The notes under the pieces were generated by a model. The model saw only the letters and a program-made list of their open reading frames with translations. It ran no database searches and was not told the DNA's origin. This document shows, piece after piece, positions 23,601 to 33,166 of a DNA stretch of 64,000 nt (position 1 is the stretch's first letter; the number at the start of each line of letters is the position of its first letter). The translations under genes were made by a program, and so were the position numbers. Source of the stretch: an uncultured Verrucomicrobiae bacterium (GTDB taxonomy: Bacteria; Verrucomicrobiota; Verrucomicrobiia; Chthoniobacterales; Terrimicrobiaceae). Where the stretch lies: positions 736,001-800,000 of the forward strand of contig CAVPOC010000008.1 in the NCBI GenBank assembly GCA_963706955.1, written 5' to 3'.

Positions 23601-24046
23601 CCCTCGGCGGGCACAATGATTTGGATGGGCTGAACATCGTTGACTGCGCACGTGGTCCGAAACGCTTCGTGACGTTTGATCAGTTCGCCTAGACCGCGTT
23701 CCAGTGCCGGAACGTCTAATGGGCCATTGAGGGAAAAACCCAACGCAACGTTCAGAGCGCAACTGCCCGGCTCGAGTTGTTGGAGGAACCACATCCGCTG
23801 CTGCGCAAACGAAAGCGGATAAACTTCCGGCGAGTCCGATGGCGGCGGCCTCCAGGCTTGAAACCATGGTCTGGCAACCGAGCGGTTCTGAAGGAGTTGA
23901 ATAATCTCTTGCTTGCGAGCGGCCAGGGCTTCGATTATCCCCACCGAAAGCGATCCTTTCGGAGCGCGATATCGCAACTCGTCTCCCTCCCGCCAAAGTT
24001 GAACGCCCTCCTCTTGGAGAGAGCGAAGAAGCTCCGATGCGTTCAT
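20621..24046 (-). CDS. NRPS TubC_N docking-C-A(Ile-like, DAFFLGVTFK)-T
   Basis: N-terminus MNASELLRSLQEEGVQLWREGDELRYRAPKG; HHFVVDGWS; FTSGSTGTPKG; LGGHSL. ATGA overlap with the upstream stop. Confidence 0.95.
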   Translation of the reverse strand: MNASELLRSLQEEGVQLWREGDELRYRAPKGSLSVGIIEALAARKQEIIQLLQNRSVARPWFQAWRPPPSDSPEVYPLSFAQQRMWFLQQLEPGSCALNVALGFSLNGPLDVPALERGLGELIKRHEAFRTTCAVNDVQPIQIIVPAEGTSMPLEIVDLRTIPEPKRERELQSLIALEARRPFALDRSPLLHATLFQLAEDRYALLLTTHHFVVDGWSVNVMLRDLSALYDANSNGRRPSLETLTSRYCDYAKWQRERLNGQMLEELLGYWKGKLAGAAELNLPTDRPVSGSPSGRGATHRFNLPSDLSQALKLLSRREGVTLFTTLLAAFKTLLHRYSGQNDITVGTAVSDRCMAETQTVVGCFANTLVLRTQCNDNPTFRQLLRLVHGNVIEAWDHQDMPFEVLVEQLRPERLHLRNPLFQVSFVLHQRGDDQGLKLDGLEVQRLPIDFGMTRFDLLLEFRNQEEQLSGLLEYSTDLFQATTIERMARHFEILLEGIVNHPDIRIGQLSLLTKDETEQIVVNWNRTAAPYPADRCVHEEFEWLARLRPEALAVAGEGASLNYRELNERSDRLADYLRSQGIVAGSRVALCMDRSIEMIIGMLGILKAGGAYVPLDPAYPAERQAFILNDVATPVILTIPEAATSLPAFNAKVIYLDGEWSLIGGDKARTSSTENARPEVTSRDPAYVIFTSGSTGTPKGVVVSHRAIMRLVLNTNYVELGPQDRIAHLSHVCFDAATFEIWGALLTGGCIVLIPKSVALDPHRLGAELKRGKVTTVFLTTALFNEMVAENAGIFQGVKQVLFGGEAVNPRSVRQVLESGGPPRRLLHVYGPTECTTFATFYPVTHVEENATTVPIGRPISNTTAYVLDKYGNPLPAGVPGELYLGGAGVAEGYLNQPELTRERFVSERFGGDQAERLYRTGDIVKYLPDGNIEFIGRADSQTKIRGFRIEPGEIEAVLKAHPEVENAVVVAREEKTGQRQLVGYVVTRDDNILSSWRTYLEEKLPFYMIPSRIVRVEELPTTPSGKIDRLALPKPERQIQHDSAALSPFEEMTASVWSEVLEVEAIAPHESFFELGGHSLLATRVVSQLRSRFGVEIPLRAVFDHPTLAEMGRFIARSREEESNRSEPPKDVFREEALL

Positions 24047-27000
24047 ATTTTTCCCTCCATCCATTCGCCGGTTGGGTCTTTCCCATGCGCTTCCGTGATG
24101 AGCCCTCCAGCGAGCGAGTGAAGAGGGACGTGATCGGATCCGAGAGCCAGAGGCCCGCGCAACCGCGCAGGATCGAGCCCCCCTATCTGGCAGAGGCCAA
24201 TTCCGTAGGATGACGCGGCCATCTCGAGCAACTGCGTCATCAGACCGGCCTCGATCGTGGCAAAAGAAAGGGATAAATCCCCGTAGAGCGGCTCGATGGC
24301 ATCAAGCTGGGCGACAAGAAAAATTGAGAAAGCGGCCGAATCGAACACGGGTCGATTGATCAAAAAATCATAGATCTCCGGATCGATACAGGCCCCTCCG
24401 GAGATCAGGACAAGTCTGCGACCAGCGGGATCGAAGTAGTAGGCCCCGGCGGGCAGTGATTCGACCCGCCGGGGCTTTGCATAAAAGTAGGTTTGCACGG
24501 GATATGAGCTGCCCGCCGAACCGAAGAGATATTTCGGCTGGCCGTCAACCGTCATCGAGCCGAGCCTTCCGAGGAGCCCCCTCAGCTTTGCGAAGGGAAC
24601 GGGAGCCTGCAGGAATTCTCTGTAGCTGCGACGTTTGCGATACAGCGAGATCGCGTCTTCATCCTGCATCGCGCCGAGTGCGTATGCAGGAACATTTTCG
24701 TCAAAACGGCGAAGGCCTGATCGCTCGCGCTTAAAGGACTCCCGCTCGACAGGATCGGTAAGAACCGTGGACCTGCTTCTCCTTTGCTCGTGCGCATGGG
24801 GCCCCCGCAAGGGCGCAGCGCCCTCATTTTCGCGGGTCTTGCTTTGATAACCGCGAAGCAAGCCAATGATCGTCGGGCTGCGATAGAAGTCACCGATCCT
24901 GGGGCGATAACCAAGCGTTTCGTCAAGACGATTGACAATTCGAATCATGTCAATGGAAGTCGCCCCGTATTCGAGAAGACTGACTTCGGGATCGATGTCT
25001 TTAAGGCGGAGAACGCTTACCACCAGCTCGCGGATCTGCTCGAGGCTGGCCAGATGCGGGGATGGCGAATGCCCGGCAGAAGCAGCGGCCTCCGGCGGCT
25101 CGGGAAGTGCCTGGCGATCGACCTTCCCATTGGCCGTTAATGGAAGGGCATCGAGAAAGAGATAGGTTGCCGGCACCATGTAATTGGGCAATTTCTGCGC
25201 AAGGAATGCCTGCAAATCTGCGGATGCGGGGCCAGCCGCTTGATCGCCCACGGCGTAACCGACAAGCCGCTTGGGGCCGTCCCGGGGACCGTTGGCCACC
25301 ACGGCAGCGGCCGAAATTCCTGGGTGCTCTGCCATCGCCGCTTCGATCTCCCCTAACTCGACGCGGTATCCCTGTATCTTGACCTGAAAGTCCTCCCTGC
25401 CTAGGAACTCGATGTTGCCGTCAGGCAAATAGCGGCCGAGATCTCCCGTCTTGTACAACCGACTTCCGGTTCGGGGGTGATAGACGAAGTTGGCCCGGCT
25501 CTTTTCCTCGTCCCGCCAATAGCCTTTGGCCAATCCAATTCCCCCGATGTAGAGCTGCCCAGCGACCCAGAACGGACGGGGATTCAGAGCGTCGTCGAGC
25601 ACATGGAAACTCTGGTTCATCATCGGTCTCCCGTAAGGGATGCTCTTCCAGCTGGGATCCGCCGTCTCGATCGGATAGAGAACCGACCAAATAGACGCCT
25701 CCGTGGCGCCCCCGAGACTGATCACCTGGACATCTTTGCCTAGAGCCTTAATCCGATCCGGCAAGCTTACCGGGACCCAGTCCCCGCTCAGAAGCACCAG
25801 ACGAAGAGAATGCAGCGAGAATTCGGGTCGACCGGACAGATACTCGACCAGTAACTCCATCAGGGCCGGCACGGAGTTCCATACGGTCACCTTTTCCTGA
25901 GCGACGATTTGCGCCCAATGTGCCGGGTCTCGCATCCCAGAGACATCAGGAATAATGATCGTTCCCCCGGCGGCCAGTGTGCCAAAGATGTCGTAGACCG
26001 ACAGATCGAAGCTTAAGGCAGAGAGAGCCAGCACCCGGTCTGCGGCGGCCACGCCGAAACGCCGATTGATGTCGAGGATTGTATTAACCGCTCCGCGATG
26101 GTCGATCATCACGCCCTTTGGCTCGCCTGTGGAGCCCGACGTGTATATCACATAAGCCAGATCTTCGGCTCGCTGCACTTGATCCAAAGGTGTTTTTTCC
26201 AGGCCTTCCAAGGACACATCACTGACAGACAACCGCTGGATATCCCGTGGCCATTCTACGATCTTATCGATGGGAGGTTGAGTTAAGACCAATTCAATTT
26301 GGCCGTTGTCCAGCAGATGCCACAGGCGCTCCTTAGGAAGATTCGGGTCGATAGGAAGATAGGCAGCGCCGGAGCAAAGAACCCCAAGAACGGCCACCAC
26401 CTGCTCCCAGCCTTTTTCCATCACCACTGCCACGAGGCGGTTGGGGCTGCTACCACGGCGGCGCAGCCAGTGAGCCACCTGCAGTGACCGCTGGGACAGT
26501 TCGGTGTACGTAAGACGACCAGATGGCGAGATGATGGCTGGATGGTCGGCCCTCCGGGATACCTGCTCCGAAAACAATGTATGCAACAATCCGGTCGAGG
26601 GCTGCGCCTGTGTAGCGTTGGCAGAAGCTTGCAGTTTGAGGTGGGCAGGGGGAATTAGCTTTAGCACTGTATCCGACCGGCTCTCTTGCCAACTCCTCGC
26701 GTCATCCGCCAAGCGACGCAGAAAATGTAAGTAAGATCCAAACATCTCCTCTACCATGCCGCTTGGAAACAGCTCCTCCACGACGTCCCAATCGAGCACG
26801 AGCGATCCCCTTTGTTCGTTGATCTGATGGTCAATGAACACTTGCGGAGTTTGGGTAATGGTGTAGACGACCTCGCCGAGCCAATCCATCGGGCTAGAAT
26901 CCCGGAATTGGAGATCGGCCGAGAGAAGGCTCGTGAAGACGACCGGCATGATCGCCCGAAAGCCACTGTCTTGACGCTTGGCAAGCTGCCGAATGACTTG

Positions 27001-28081
27001 AACCCCGCTCATGGAGCTATGTTTCAGATCCTCGTCGAGCTGCTGCTGAACATGGAGGGCCCGAGTCTCAAAGGTGGGCTGGCTCTCGTTATCGATCCCA
27101 AGGAGGGAAGAAGAAGTGAAGTCGCCCACTACGCCCTTTAACCGAGGGTCACGGGCCATTCGATTAAACAATGTTACGTTGATGGTTATCCGAGGGGACT
27201 TACTCCACACCTTGAGGACTTCAGAGAAAGCAGCCAGCAAGAGCAGTGTAGGCCTGAGTCTTCGGCTGGACGCCTGGTCCTTCAGTTGGGACCATATTTC
27301 CGCATCAAGTCGGGCATGGAAGCGCTTAAACCGGGAGCGAGGAAGGTCGCTAGGATTTTTTGCAAGTGGCAGCTCCGGCGCGGGCGGCAAAGAGGTCAGT
27401 CGGTTGTGCCAATAGTCCTCGGCTCGTCGGTATACATCGCTATCCCGCAGGGAAGTCTCTGCCATGACATAGTCTCGAAATGAAAGCTCTAGCGCAGGTA
27501 AATGAGTGGCGGAATCTTGGTAAAATTGCGACCACTCGGCAAAGAGCAGATTCCTGCTTCTTGCATCCACCACGAGCGCATCGAAACTCAAATGCAGTCG
27601 GAATCGCTGGTCATCCAGAAGGCTAGCGCGAACCTCGAACAACGGCCACTGATCGCTGGGCAGCACTTGGTGCGACATACTCTCGCGAACCGCATTCAGA
27701 CCGGACTGGACCGTGTCGGGATCAGCCCTCCTCAGGTCGAAGGTTTTGATTTTATAATGAGGAACCGTCTTTAAAATGCGCTGGCGCCCATCGGACGACA
27801 CGATCGCCCGCAGCATATCGTGACGATCAATCAATTGCTGCCAGGCAAGGTTGAGGCGCTCCAGATCCAGGCCTTCACAGTCAATTTCGAAGTAGCGGTG
27901 AGTCGTTACACCCCCCAGCTCAACGCCTTCCAGCCGACCGGCCCAGGTACGCCTGCTGGATATCGGTTAGAGGAAAAGGTAGATGCCGCTCCTCTGCCAC
28001 GGCAACAATCGTAGGCAGCTGGCGCAGAAAACCCTGACTCTGTGAACTACTATCTTCCGGCTTCGCGACCGCGGGGATCAT
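24043..28081 (-). CDS. NRPS Cy-A(Cys)-T-Ox, thiazole-forming module; frameshift near 27925, start approximate
   Basis: Upstream frame gives PFPLTDIQQAY. Cy has DALVVDARS and PVVFTS. A has FDLSVYD, WNSVP, LLSGDW and SLGGATEASIWS (code DLYNLSLIWK). The C-terminal nitroreductase-like oxidase has RRSYREF and SAGSSYPVQTY. Confidence 0.93.
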
Positions 28082-28910
28082 CTTTTTTCGGAGCGTCGAA
28101 ATTGAACTTTTCCGCCGAGCCAGGCGGAAATTCCGTATCGCGCGGTAAGATGGCGTTTCGCCGCGATTTCCTTGAATCTAGTTTCGCTTCCGGGCCTGCG
28201 ATACTCGGGGGATCTTGCGAACGAAAAGCGTAGATCGGGGCTCATCACATTCATTCCATGTCTGAAAGCTCCAGATAACCAGGAATCGTGCGTCCGCTCA
28301 GAAAAGCGAAGCTGCTTTGAAATCACGCAAAAGGGTTGGCAAGCAGAGGGGCGTTGCACGACGCAGTCTCATCCTCGCGGCGATCTGCCTGGAGGGTCTC
28401 GAGGAGCGCGCACGAGCATCCGTCATTACAGGCGAGTGGTAGGAAACGAAGCGAAAGATTCTGTCAATGCTGACCTGACCCTAAAAGGATGAGGCAATCG
28501 GATAAGTCTGAAAGAAACTGAACATGAAAGATGTGTGGCGCAAAATGTCAGTGAGCCCGCAGCCACAGCGCCGAAGCCAATTCTCCGTTGCATTAATCCG
28601 CCGCCACCTCTTTGTCAATTCTGCGAACAACCAGCCTTTCTGCTCGTATCAGCTCGAATTCTTTCAAAGACGGGGTCTTTCTGCCCGACGACAAACGTCA
28701 GATCGTTGCAAACTCTTAATGGACAGCAGTAAATGACGCTTGCACGTAGACTGTTCATCTAGCGCTATCGTGCCCCCTTTACTAGGAGCGCGCCATTTCA
28801 GTCGCTTCATTTTTTCTTGAAATCCGCTCACCGCATCGCCATTTTCGCGCGTCCATGGTGCAGCCGATGCCTGATAACGGCCAAAGAACTACCTCCAAAC
28901 CCTCACGGAA

Positions 28911-29369
28911 TTGGAGGTTGAAGCCATTGAGATGTTCATCAATTTTCTCAAATTGATCGGCTTGCCAAAATCGGTCGGCGAAATCTATGGATTGCTCTTC
29001 GTCTCTCCGCGACCGCTGACCATGGACGAGATTGTCACCCGACTGGGAATTAGCCTTGGGGCGGCCAGCCAAGGCTTGAAGCTGCTTCGCAGTCTGGGAG
29101 CGGCCAAGGCGGTCTACCTGCCTGGCACTCGAAGAGATTATTTTACGGCCGACCTTGAATTGAGCAAGTTCGCGACCGTTTTCATTAAGGAGGAGCTCCG
29201 GCCCCGCATCGAACGAGCCCTTGAGCGTATTCACCACCTGGAGTCGTTGCTCCCCGAGCTACCTCATGAGGACCGGCAGATCACCAGGCAACGACTGGAT
29301 CGTCTTAGGCACTGGCTTGAAAAGGGAGAAAAGATGCTGCCATGGACGCTCAGGTTTTTAATGAAGTGA
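28911..29369 (+). CDS. GbsR/MarR-family winged-helix transcriptional regulator
   Basis: GLPKSVGEIYGLLFVSPRPLTMDEIVTRLGISLGAASQGLKLL...RRDYF pattern. Confidence 0.88.
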   Translation: MEVEAIEMFINFLKLIGLPKSVGEIYGLLFVSPRPLTMDEIVTRLGISLGAASQGLKLLRSLGAAKAVYLPGTRRDYFTADLELSKFATVFIKEELRPRIERALERIHHLESLLPELPHEDRQITRQRLDRLRHWLEKGEKMLPWTLRFLMK

Positions 29370-29604
29370 AAAGTTGAAGCGAGGCGGGAAAGACAAGGTC
29401 CTCGCCACATGCGCAAATCTCCGCCGTCTGACTCGTTCAGAGACGGAATTGATTGAGCAAAAAGGTCATCCCAACGAGCAAGGGAATTTCGACCAAGGGC
29501 GGCAGCTTGCCCTGGCCGGGAACTTGCGCTGAGACGATCGACAACCTTCCATCGCAGATCCGAGAATCTGCCGTCACATGCCTGCATCCCCTGATTCAAA
29601 TCCC

Positions 29605-30489
29605 ATGGCCACGATCGAGCAAGAGCCTCAGAGGATACCACCACCTACCCAGGCCGATTGGATCTCGGAGATTACGACCCAGAAGCCGCTGCTTCACCTT
29701 CCTCTTGCCGAAATTTGGCGTTATCGAGATTTGATTTTTTTGACCGTCTGGCGCGACTTTATCTCAGTCTACAAGCAGACGATTTTCGGGCCGCTCTGGT
29801 ATTTTGCCCAGCCACTTGTCAGCACGGTGGTCTACCAGATCATTTTTGGAAAGATCGCGCAATTGCCGACCAACAACATTCCGCCATTCCTCTTTTACAT
29901 GTCGGGAATCGTCATTTGGTACTATTTTTCCGGGTGTCTCAGCCGCACTTCTACGACGTTCTCGTCCAACGCGGCGCTCTTCACGAAGGTGTATTTCCCC
30001 CGTCTCACCATCCCGATCGCGCAGTGCATCAGCAATATCTGGCAGTTCTTGATCCAGTTGGTCATCTTTCTCGCTTTCTACCTCTATTTTCTAGCGAAAG
30101 GCGCGCCGATCCATCCGAGCTACCGGATCGTGATCATACCTTTCCTGGTCTTGCAGACTGCCCTTCTCGGCTTAGGAGTGGGATGCCTCATTTCTGCCCT
30201 GAGCACGCGTTTTCGTGATCTGCAGGTGGCTGTCGCTCCCGCTATTCAACTCTGGATGTACGCAAGCTGCATTTTTTATCCCCGCTCGATAGTCCCTGAA
30301 AATTTGCAGTGGCTAATGACCATTAATCCCATTGTTCCGATCATTGAAGGTTTTCGTTTCGCTCTGATGGGACAAGGCCAGGTGGAGATTTACCAATGGT
30401 TGGCGAGCTTGGCGGTAACCGCAATCCTGCTCATCATTGGCCTGGTGGAGTTTGGACGCGCGGAGAAAACTTTTGCTGACACGATCTAA
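29605..30489 (+). CDS. wzm: ABC-2 polysaccharide export permease (Wzm-like)
   Basis: EIWRYRDLI, YKQTIFGPLW, KVYFPRL, RFRDL and six hydrophobic segments; adjacent to the ATPase gene. Confidence 0.92.
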   Translation: MATIEQEPQRIPPPTQADWISEITTQKPLLHLPLAEIWRYRDLIFLTVWRDFISVYKQTIFGPLWYFAQPLVSTVVYQIIFGKIAQLPTNNIPPFLFYMSGIVIWYYFSGCLSRTSTTFSSNAALFTKVYFPRLTIPIAQCISNIWQFLIQLVIFLAFYLYFLAKGAPIHPSYRIVIIPFLVLQTALLGLGVGCLISALSTRFRDLQVAVAPAIQLWMYASCIFYPRSIVPENLQWLMTINPIVPIIEGFRFALMGQGQVEIYQWLASLAVTAILLIIGLVEFGRAEKTFADTI

Positions 30490-30608
30490 AAATTCAAGCG
30501 GTCCTTTGCCCGGATATCGTGCCGGGCGTGAAGTTTGGGCGCAAGCAAGGCGATGCCACGCCGATCGTCTCGTCGGTCACATCCCTCATCGCCGTCCCAG
30601 GATCGCGT

Positions 30609-30645
30609 CATCGTCCGCACGACCGCCTCATCCGTGCGGACGATG
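30609..30645. other. Perfect 13-bp inverted repeat (11-nt loop) between wzm and wzt
   Basis: catcgtccgcacg-accgcctcatc-cgtgcggacgatg; no U-tract follows. Confidence 0.7.
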
Positions 30646-30744
30646 CTAGTGACGGGCAAGTTGGTCGATTTTACACGGGTCCAGCGGAAACATCGTCCTT
30701 GACGGAGCGAGTTTTCGTTCGAGTCTCTGGCGGCTGAGAAAGCC

Positions 30745-32015
30745 ATGTCGATTGTCATCTCAGTTGAAAATGTCTCCAAGCGATATCGGTTGGGAGAGAC
30801 GAAACGCCACCAACTCGTTATCGGATTTCCGGCGCTGGTGGACGAAACTCAAGCTCTCCCGAGAATCCCAGCGAAACGCACAGGCGGAAGCAGAACCGGT
30901 GGAGGAAGGCGACTTTTGGGCGCTCAAAGATGTCTCCTTCGAGGTTAAGGCGGGAAGTGCCATGGCCCTGGTCGGAGTCAATGGAGCAGGAAAGTCCACC
31001 CTTTTGAAGATCATCTCTCGAATCACCGCACCAACAAAGGGAAAAGTGCGGTTCAAAGGGCGCATTGGCAGTCTGCTCGAAATCGGCACGGGGTTTCACC
31101 CTGAGCTGACAGGGCGCGACAACGTTTTTCTTAATGGAGCCATTCTGGGAATGAGTCGTGCCGAAGTTAAGAGCAGGTTCGACGCAGATCGTCGACTTTG
31201 CCGAAATCGATGAGTTTATCAATACGCCAGTAAAGCGCTATTCGAGCGGCATGTATGTCCGTCTCGCCTTCGCGGTCTCCGCATTTCTTGAACCGGAAAT
31301 TCTGATTCTGGACGAGGTTCTTGCCGTCGGCGACATCAAGTTTCGAACTAAATGCCTCAAACGCCTCGAACAACTGATAAATCGCCGGCACACCATTCTG
31401 TTTGTGGCTCATGATGCCGGCTTAATAACCAAATACTGCGACACCGCCCTCTGGCTCGAGCGAGGCTCGATCAGGGCCTACGGCTCGGCGGAAACCGTTG
31501 CGGAAGAGTATGAGTCGGCCAATCGGCCGGCCGAGCAAGTTACTGCACAAAACGTGCATGGAGGCACAGGCGAAGTTGTTGTCACTGCCATCGAACTCCT
31601 CGATGAGGATGGGCAGCCACAGCAATCACTCGCGTGCGGAGACCGGTGCTTTGTCGCGCTCGCATTGCGAGCGACGCGTCGCCTCCAAAAAGGATAGCGG
31701 CCAAGCAGTCGCGCGCATTGGCATTTTACGACGAATTCGGTGCACGAATGTTTACATTGTCCAGCCTCTATGGCGAACGGCAATTGGCGGCTCTCGACGA
31801 TCGGACAAGGATTGTTTGTGAGATACCGAAGCTCCCCCTCTTGCCCGGAAACTATCGGCTCAATTATGATCTGTCGCTCGATGGGGAATGCGTCGACGCG
31901 CAGGTTTCGGCCCGCAACGTCGAAGTTGTGCCGGGAGAATTCTATGGAACCTCTCGCGCTGCCGGCTCGATCGAGCACTCAGATTTGCGTGGATTGCAAG
32001 TGGCGGATGGATTGA
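30745..32015 (+). CDS. wzt: Wzt-like ABC ATPase with a C-terminal carbohydrate-binding domain; several frameshifts
   Basis: MSIVISVENVSKRY, Walker A GVNGAGKSTL, GFHPELTGRDN, YSSGMYVRLAF, DEVLAVGD, and C-terminal CEIPKLPLLPGNY, spread over four ORF fragments. Confidence 0.9.
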
Positions 32016-32222
32016 GCGCCGAAGGCTTAGTGTTCGTCCTTGAAAGATCTTGGGCTCGAGTTTGCCGCAGTGGGCCGGCCTGGCTCGACGGCAAAGAAGC
32101 TAACCAGGACATGGTCGGTTCGATGAGATACCGTCGTTGGCGGGATATCGAGCCGGAATTCCTAAACAGCCATTGCATAAGAAACGGGCCGCTTTGAACA
32201 GGCAGTTTCGCACTACACGTTT

Positions 32223-33161
32223 ATGAACGAAAGGGTCATGCTGACGGGAGGAGCGGGGTTTATCGGTTCGGCTGTCATCGAACAGCTCAAGGAACTGCGT
32301 TGCGACGTGTTTGTTCTCGATAACCTGTCCTTCGGAAAGAGAGAGCTTGCCGCCGTTCCAGACAGCCGATTCTTTGAGGTCGATATTCTCGATCACCGCG
32401 CAACCGCGGACTGTGTGCGCGCAATTGCGCCTGCGTGGGTAATCCATCTCGCGGCCGTGCACTTTATCCCCTATTGCAATGCGCACCCCTATGAATCGAC
32501 GAATCTCAATCTACTCGGGACGACAAACGTTCTGGATGCACTCCGGACTGTTGCCTCCGTAGAGAAAGTGTTCTTTGCTTCTACCGCGGCTGTCTACGCC
32601 GATTCGCCAACGTCGGTTGCAGAGACGTCCCCGGCTATTCCCTTAGATATCTACGGACTGACCAAGCGGATCGGCGAGCGACTGATGCACGAGTTTCACG
32701 TGACGACCAATGTGCCGTGCGTCATCGGGCGGCTGTTCAATGCGTATGGTCCTCATGAAACCAACGCCCATTTGATTCCCGAAATTCTTCGTCAAGTTCT
32801 CGAAGGAAAACAGATCATTGAACTAGGCAACCTCTCCACACGACGCGATTACATCCATACCAGCGACATAGCTCGCGCAATTTCGAAATTGATGGCTTGC
32901 CAGACCGGCGGATTCGACGTCTTCAATATCGGCTCGGGCGAGTCTTTCAGCGCCGGCGAGATTGTCCAGTTTTTCGAACGTGCCATCAACCACCCCTTGG
33001 TCGTCGATGTCGCCAAAGATCGCGTCCGCAAAATCGATCGCGCGCTCCTGCAAGCGGACATCACTAAGATTCATCGAGCCACCGGGTGGACGCCTCAGGT
33101 GGACATTCAACAGGGGATCACGGCCTTGGTGCAGGACGAAGTGTCCCTCCCCTCTCGGTAG
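32223..33161 (+). CDS. NAD-dependent sugar epimerase/dehydratase (extended SDR)
   Basis: TGGAGFIGS, STAAVY, YGLTK, RDYIH. Confidence 0.92.
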   Translation: MNERVMLTGGAGFIGSAVIEQLKELRCDVFVLDNLSFGKRELAAVPDSRFFEVDILDHRATADCVRAIAPAWVIHLAAVHFIPYCNAHPYESTNLNLLGTTNVLDALRTVASVEKVFFASTAAVYADSPTSVAETSPAIPLDIYGLTKRIGERLMHEFHVTTNVPCVIGRLFNAYGPHETNAHLIPEILRQVLEGKQIIELGNLSTRRDYIHTSDIARAISKLMACQTGGFDVFNIGSGESFSAGEIVQFFERAINHPLVVDVAKDRVRKIDRALLQADITKIHRATGWTPQVDIQQGITALVQDEVSLPSR

Positions 33162-33166
33162 AGCCA

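Noticed and set aside
28108..28130. Hairpin tttccgcc-N6-ggcggaaa near the NRPS start
   Set aside because: Short stem and uncertain gene start; no role can be assigned.
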